Source: an uncultured delta proteobacterium (GTDB lineage Bacteria > Desulfobacterota > Binatia > Binatales > Binataceae). From it: a stretch of 64,000 bases of DNA. The translations under genes and the position numbers were made by a program. The stretch is from assembly GCA_963724765.1 (NCBI GenBank), contig CAVRVY010000004.1, positions 1,504,001-1,568,000 of the forward strand, given 5' to 3'. Below, in pieces: positions 60,137-64,000 of this stretch (its first letter is position 1; the number at the start of each line of letters is the position of its first letter). A model generated the notes under the pieces. It searched no databases. It saw only the letters and a program-made list of their open reading frames with translations, and was not told the DNA's origin.

Positions 60137-62428
60137 TTACAATTCCTCGGATTCGGCAACGGCACCGCGCCCGGTCTTTCTCACCGCGAGCCCTGTGATC
60201 CAGTTGCCGTTACGTTCGTGATCTTTGGCGAAGCCATGGGTCTCGACCAAGCGCTTTGAAAAGTCATTCTGGTTGCCGGGCCGCTCACCACATTCCACCG
60301 CCCAATTTTTGAAATTGTCGAATAGCACCGAGGTCAGCGTCCGCATAGCCGTCTCAGGGCGCCGATCCCGCTCGCAGTTATCATCGATCCAACGACCGAT
60401 CTGATCTTCGTCCGCCACGTATTCCTCAGTGGCGGCTATGACGACTTCAGGCGGGGCCAGCCCTTGGTCTAGCCATAACCGGCAACCGTCAATGGCCCAG
60501 CGCAGGATTCCCGGCCACTCTTTTTTCAATTGTTCTCGGAGATCGTTCTCGCGCTGAAGCACTTTAGTACCCGCCGCTAATTGGTCGTCGGGTTTGGTAG
60601 GATCGGAATAGAAGACCACTCCGAAGGGGACCAGATGCAGCCGCTTGCGAAGAGCCACGCCGCCGCCTTGGGGTAGCGCGGGCTTATGGTTGGAACTAAT
60701 CCAGAGTTTATGCGTGGGATTGTAGCGAAAGAAGTCCTGCCGCATAAACCGCGCGGTGATGGGATCGCCACCGGTCAACATTTTGACCTTGGCCAGTGCG
60801 AATTGGTGACCCGCTTCGGTCTCGGATGCCGTGGCGAAGCGAACGCCTTGCAGGGATGCCAACGCGGTTGGATGGCCCTCGCTCCGTTGCGCTATGAACA
60901 ATTCGCTCGGCGCCACGCTGGCGTAATCGCCCAGCAGATCGTAGATCGTATTGGTCAGAACGCCTTTGCCATTGCGCCCGACGCCACATAGGAAGGTTAG
61001 GTCTTCCTCGGTTACAACTCCGGTGAGTACGTAACCGATCTTACGCTGTAGGAAGGCGATCAGGGATTGGTCGCCATCCATGATTTGATCAAGGAATAGC
61101 AACCAGCGTGGACAATCCGCGTTAACGCACGGCCCTACCGCCGTGGCCTTGGTCACCAAATCTTCGGGCGTGGTAGGACGAATCGATCCCGTCTTAAGAT
61201 CGACCAACCCATCAGGCGTGTTCAATACCCATGGATTAGCATCGAACTGTTCCGGGCGCAGCGCTACCCGCCGATCAGTGAGGGCTAACGCGGATACGGC
61301 GGAGATCGTAGCGCGCGAGAGCAGGCGCTTGCGCTGCTTCGGATTGGCGTCCGCGATGGGCCGCATATAATCGCGCACCTGATCGGTCACCGCGTTGGTG
61401 CCATCGACTTCAAAACGGTAATCTTTGAAGGCATACCAGCCTCGGCCCAGTTGAGCGTGGCGCAGGTTACGACCGCGTTCCTCCACGAATCCCAATGCGA
61501 GCCCGTCGTCCGTAGCAGCGGCAGGGACGGCTCCGGGCGCTAGGAGCAGCAGTTCGCAGACCTGATCTACGACTGCCGGGCCATGCTCTTCGCCCAGCAG
61601 TTTGATCAGTCGAGTTCTGCCGGTGATGTTGCGGTCTTTATTCTTCAGCCGATCAAAAGTGTGCTTCACGTAATAGGCGAGGCGCTTTGAATGGTAGCCG
61701 CCCATCGCCTGAAAGTTGTGCAGGAAATACTCGACTGCCGCCGCATCCCAATGCCGGGCCAACATACCCATCAACGCCTGATTGGCGTCGTGCGCCTGCT
61801 TAGCCTTGGGCCAGAAGCGGTGGAGTAAGGTAGCCGCGCTGAATTGCCGCCACGCCCATTCAGTCTCGGCAGCAGGCGCTACGGTAAACTCCGGCACGTC
61901 GTTCCAAACGACTTCGGAGCCGTTCGGGTGCATGGAAGGAGGCGCCATGGATTGGCAACCGTTGCGCCGCAACTCCAGCAGCGTACTTTTGTCGTCTAAC
62001 GGATCAAGGCACACGATTTTCTTCAAATCGGTCGCGACATCGCCCGGTGCGCGGCGGTAGAGCCAATGAGTGATCTGACCGTCGTGACCCCAGCCGCGCG
62101 TCGGCTTCAACCATAAGCCCGCGTGTTGAATCGCCTCGGCGCAATCGAGATCAACGTCATCGAGCCCGCCCGAAATCGTGCCGAGCAGTATGCCGCGACC
62201 GGTGACGCCATCTTTGCGCCATGCCACATCTATGGCCGCCGAATCGCTTAGCTTCGCGTTGGGCCAGTCGGGGTAGTACGTGGCCTTGTCGGTCAGCGGA
62301 GTCGAATAGATACCGCGCTCGACGTCGGCCTTAACCGCTTCGATCAGTCGAGCGGTCAACGGCCCGTGCAACGGACGCGGTCGTATAGGAACAACGGGAT
62401 TGCCGTGTCCCAGTTTGCGCGCCTGCAT
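60137..62428 (-). CDS. Phage/plasmid primase-helicase, P4/D5 family (Prim-Pol + D5_N + SF3)
   Basis: GILLG...DVDLD, APPSMHP, NTPDGLVDL.TG, Walker A GVGRNGKG, ASETE, LTGGD.ITARFM and SNHKP motifs. Confidence 0.93.
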   Translation of the reverse strand: MQARKLGHGNPVVPIRPRPLHGPLTARLIEAVKADVERGIYSTPLTDKATYYPDWPNAKLSDSAAIDVAWRKDGVTGRGILLGTISGGLDDVDLDCAEAIQHAGLWLKPTRGWGHDGQITHWLYRRAPGDVATDLKKIVCLDPLDDKSTLLELRRNGCQSMAPPSMHPNGSEVVWNDVPEFTVAPAAETEWAWRQFSAATLLHRFWPKAKQAHDANQALMGMLARHWDAAAVEYFLHNFQAMGGYHSKRLAYYVKHTFDRLKNKDRNITGRTRLIKLLGEEHGPAVVDQVCELLLLAPGAVPAAATDDGLALGFVEERGRNLRHAQLGRGWYAFKDYRFEVDGTNAVTDQVRDYMRPIADANPKQRKRLLSRATISAVSALALTDRRVALRPEQFDANPWVLNTPDGLVDLKTGSIRPTTPEDLVTKATAVGPCVNADCPRWLLFLDQIMDGDQSLIAFLQRKIGYVLTGVVTEEDLTFLCGVGRNGKGVLTNTIYDLLGDYASVAPSELFIAQRSEGHPTALASLQGVRFATASETEAGHQFALAKVKMLTGGDPITARFMRQDFFRYNPTHKLWISSNHKPALPQGGGVALRKRLHLVPFGVVFYSDPTKPDDQLAAGTKVLQRENDLREQLKKEWPGILRWAIDGCRLWLDQGLAPPEVVIAATEEYVADEDQIGRWIDDNCERDRRPETAMRTLTSVLFDNFKNWAVECGERPGNQNDFSKRLVETHGFAKDHERNGNWITGLAVRKTGRGAVAESEEL

Positions 62429-62432
62429 GGGT

Positions 62433-62666
62433 TTACGCCTTACGCGCGGACTTCAGCGATTTGAAGTACGCCTGTACTTCGGCTCGTATCCAACAACGTG
62501 GACCGCGCGGGCCAATGATCAGCGTCACCGGGCGCGGGAAGTTGGCATCGACCTTCATTAACCGGCTCAGCGTATCCTCGGAGATCTCGAGCGCCTTACA
62601 AATGGTCCGCGAAGTAATCAGGCTCTCCAACTCCTGATCCATTAGTAACTGCTCTTGTGCGTTCAT
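62433..62666 (-). CDS. AlpA/excisionase-like HTH protein
   Basis: LI....IC.ALEIS..TL.R......FPRPV......R.W.RAEV..Y pattern; AGGAG RBS before ATG at 62666. Confidence 0.8.
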   Translation of the reverse strand: MNAQEQLLMDQELESLITSRTICKALEISEDTLSRLMKVDANFPRPVTLIIGPRGPRCWIRAEVQAYFKSLKSARKA

Positions 62667-62687
62667 TAGTCGTGCTCCTATAACGCC

Positions 62688-62741
62688 GAAGGCGCCCGGC
62701 TTCGAGACCACCTGTTGATGGTCAAGACTCCGGGCGCCTTC
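62688..62741. repeat. GC-rich hairpin in the leader of the alpA-primase operon
   Basis: GAAGGCGCCCGG (62688-62699) pairs with CCGGGCGCCTTC (62730-62741); inner GACCA/TGGTC pairing. Confidence 0.8.
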
Positions 62742-62852
62742 CTCACGCCTTTAAGTCTGGGTCCAACACCAGATTAGGCATATCCGGGGTACCTCCGCAA
62801 CTCTCCGGTAAAGCCTAACGACGGACCTATACCATGGGACACCGGGCAGCCC

Positions 62853-62965
62853 GTGACGGCACGTGACGGCTCCTCCCATATATACGAATGTCGATCTTAT
62901 ATTCTTAATATAAGAAAGTAAGATCGAGATCAGGCGATAAGAGAACTGCCGTCACGTGCCGTCAC
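62853..62965. repeat. Putative replication origin: 18-bp perfect inverted repeats around an AT-rich core
   Basis: GTGACGGCACGTGACGGC ... 77 bp ... GCCGTCACGTGCCGTCAC; the core contains CGATCTTA...TAAGATCG. Confidence 0.75.
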
Positions 62966-63827
62966 AACCGGGGAGCTAGATCGGAACTTCGGCCTTGCGG
63001 CCCGAACCCCGGCACACGCGCGTGCGCCACGGCCCGACACGGCACCATCGAAAGGCGATCTAACCCTCTAGCCGATTATAAAGAGCAACGGCAGCAGCCG
63101 AGCCGGGAAGGCACCCTAATGGCACAGGCGCCGATAGCAGATCGATGAACTCTTACGCAGCGTGAGCTGAAATGACGATCTAGCCTCGACTCGTATAGTC
63201 GATATGGCCCGGAAAGCCGCCAAACTTGGCCGCTTTTGCCGGTCTAGGTCGGGCGGATACTCGACCGAGGGCCGTAGCGCCCGCCGTGTGGCGCCGGTGC
63301 CCCGACAAATCGCTATGTCGCTCCTATCCAGGGCGGGGATCGCGGCCTACGCGGGCGGGCTACCCCGGCGGCCTCGCACCTCGGTCGGCGGCGGCGCCAC
63401 AGAACCGGGGGAATATATCGAGGGGGGAGGGGGTAGGCGGTGGCGTTCTTTTCTTTCCCGTTCAAACGGCGGGGATCGATGGCTTGTGATGACTTCCCTT
63501 GGCCCAGGGCACCGGGCATCCGGCACCAGGCATCGGTTCGGCGGCATAGGACCGGCGGCGCCCGCGCGCCACCAGATCCGTTTTCAAAAACCGTCCAGGC
63601 GCGCGCCCGGCAAAAATTTCCCGACCAAAAACTTGAACGGGGTCCAGGGCCGCCGGTTAGTTAATGCTCTTTGAACTTCGGGAGCATTACTAATAAAGGC
63701 CCCTTGACGACATAGTTATTTTCGAGCCATGGTAATAACTAACAGCAGCGCAGCGATCAGTGCCGGTGGTTCGGCAGCCAAAGACCACCGGCATTTTTGC
63801 GTTCTAAAGCTGTAGGCGGAGTATGTA

Positions 63828-64000
63828 ATGACTATTGGAATCCCATTAACGGAATTAGCCGAACAGCTAACCGTGCCACCTCGTATCGTACGGTCGTGGG
63901 TAGCGAAGGGGTACCTGACCGCCCGCCGGGGGAAGGGCGGTCGCATCTTTGTCTACCCGCGCAGTTATGCCCGGCTCCTTTCAGGAGGCTCGTATGCCGA
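63828..64000 (+). CDS. Excisionase/MerR-like HTH protein (partial, runs off window)
   Basis: MTIGIPLTELAEQLTVPPRIVRSWVAKGYLTARRGKGGRIFV after GGAG; not in the ORF track. Confidence 0.6.
   Translation, partial: MTIGIPLTELAEQLTVPPRIVRSWVAKGYLTARRGKGGRIFVYPRSYARLLSGGSYA

Larger units (their letters stand above)
59690..64000. mobile_element. P4/PICI-like integrative element or satellite, partial (continues past right edge)
   Basis: Primase-SF3 helicase, AlpA-like HTH, second HTH and an inverted-repeat ori; the left boundary truncates a transposase gene. Confidence 0.7.

Noticed and set aside
63204-63674. 156-aa ORF as a real gene
   Set aside because: Arg/Gly-rich with no motif, and it overlaps repeat-rich, probably non-coding DNA.
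1-64000. CRISPR array, rRNA or complete tRNA genes
   Set aside because: No regularly spaced direct repeats with unique spacers, no cas genes, and no rRNA or cloverleaf signatures seen by eye.

Overview
Bacterial chromosomal window of about 60% GC. The many LLM-type oxidoreductases, Amidohydro_2 enzymes and SnoaL proteins suggest a soil bacterium such as Ca. Binatota, but this is inference only. From left to right: (1) a degraded poly-HAMP hybrid histidine kinase and an isolated 34-bp palindrome; (2) an intact IS21-family element (3343-5895, 6-bp target duplication TACGGG) beside a cobA/cysG remnant; (3) a DOMON-like/DUF1460/GT2/DUF4922/SpoIID cell-wall operon; (4) a TPP enzyme/membrane protein/GMC oxidoreductase/enolase/SDR cluster behind a sigma54-type promoter; (5) catabolic genes for cyclic amides and other small molecules (two cyclic amidohydrolases, CE4 deacetylase, isochorismatase, LLMs, tandem Amidohydro_2 + AKR, SDR, SnoaL, alpha/beta hydrolase) mixed with gene remnants; (6) an ~18-kb group 1h (Hhy, high-affinity type) [NiFe]-hydrogenase locus with all hyp genes; (7) a scrambled FNT pseudogene, transposase remnants and a WGR-like/class III nucleotidyl cyclase fusion; (8) the edge of a P4/PICI-like integrative element (primase-helicase, AlpA, inverted-repeat ori). 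The best candidate for an undescribed system is the regulatory module inside the hydrogenase locus: a sensor-less, Cys-rich sigma54 activator coupled to hypAB, a pseudo-receiver/PAS gene, inverted TGTCGCA enhancer-like repeats and a -24/-12 promoter before hhyS. No CRISPR array, rRNA or complete tRNA was seen. All family assignments come from motif recognition by eye; no database searches were run.
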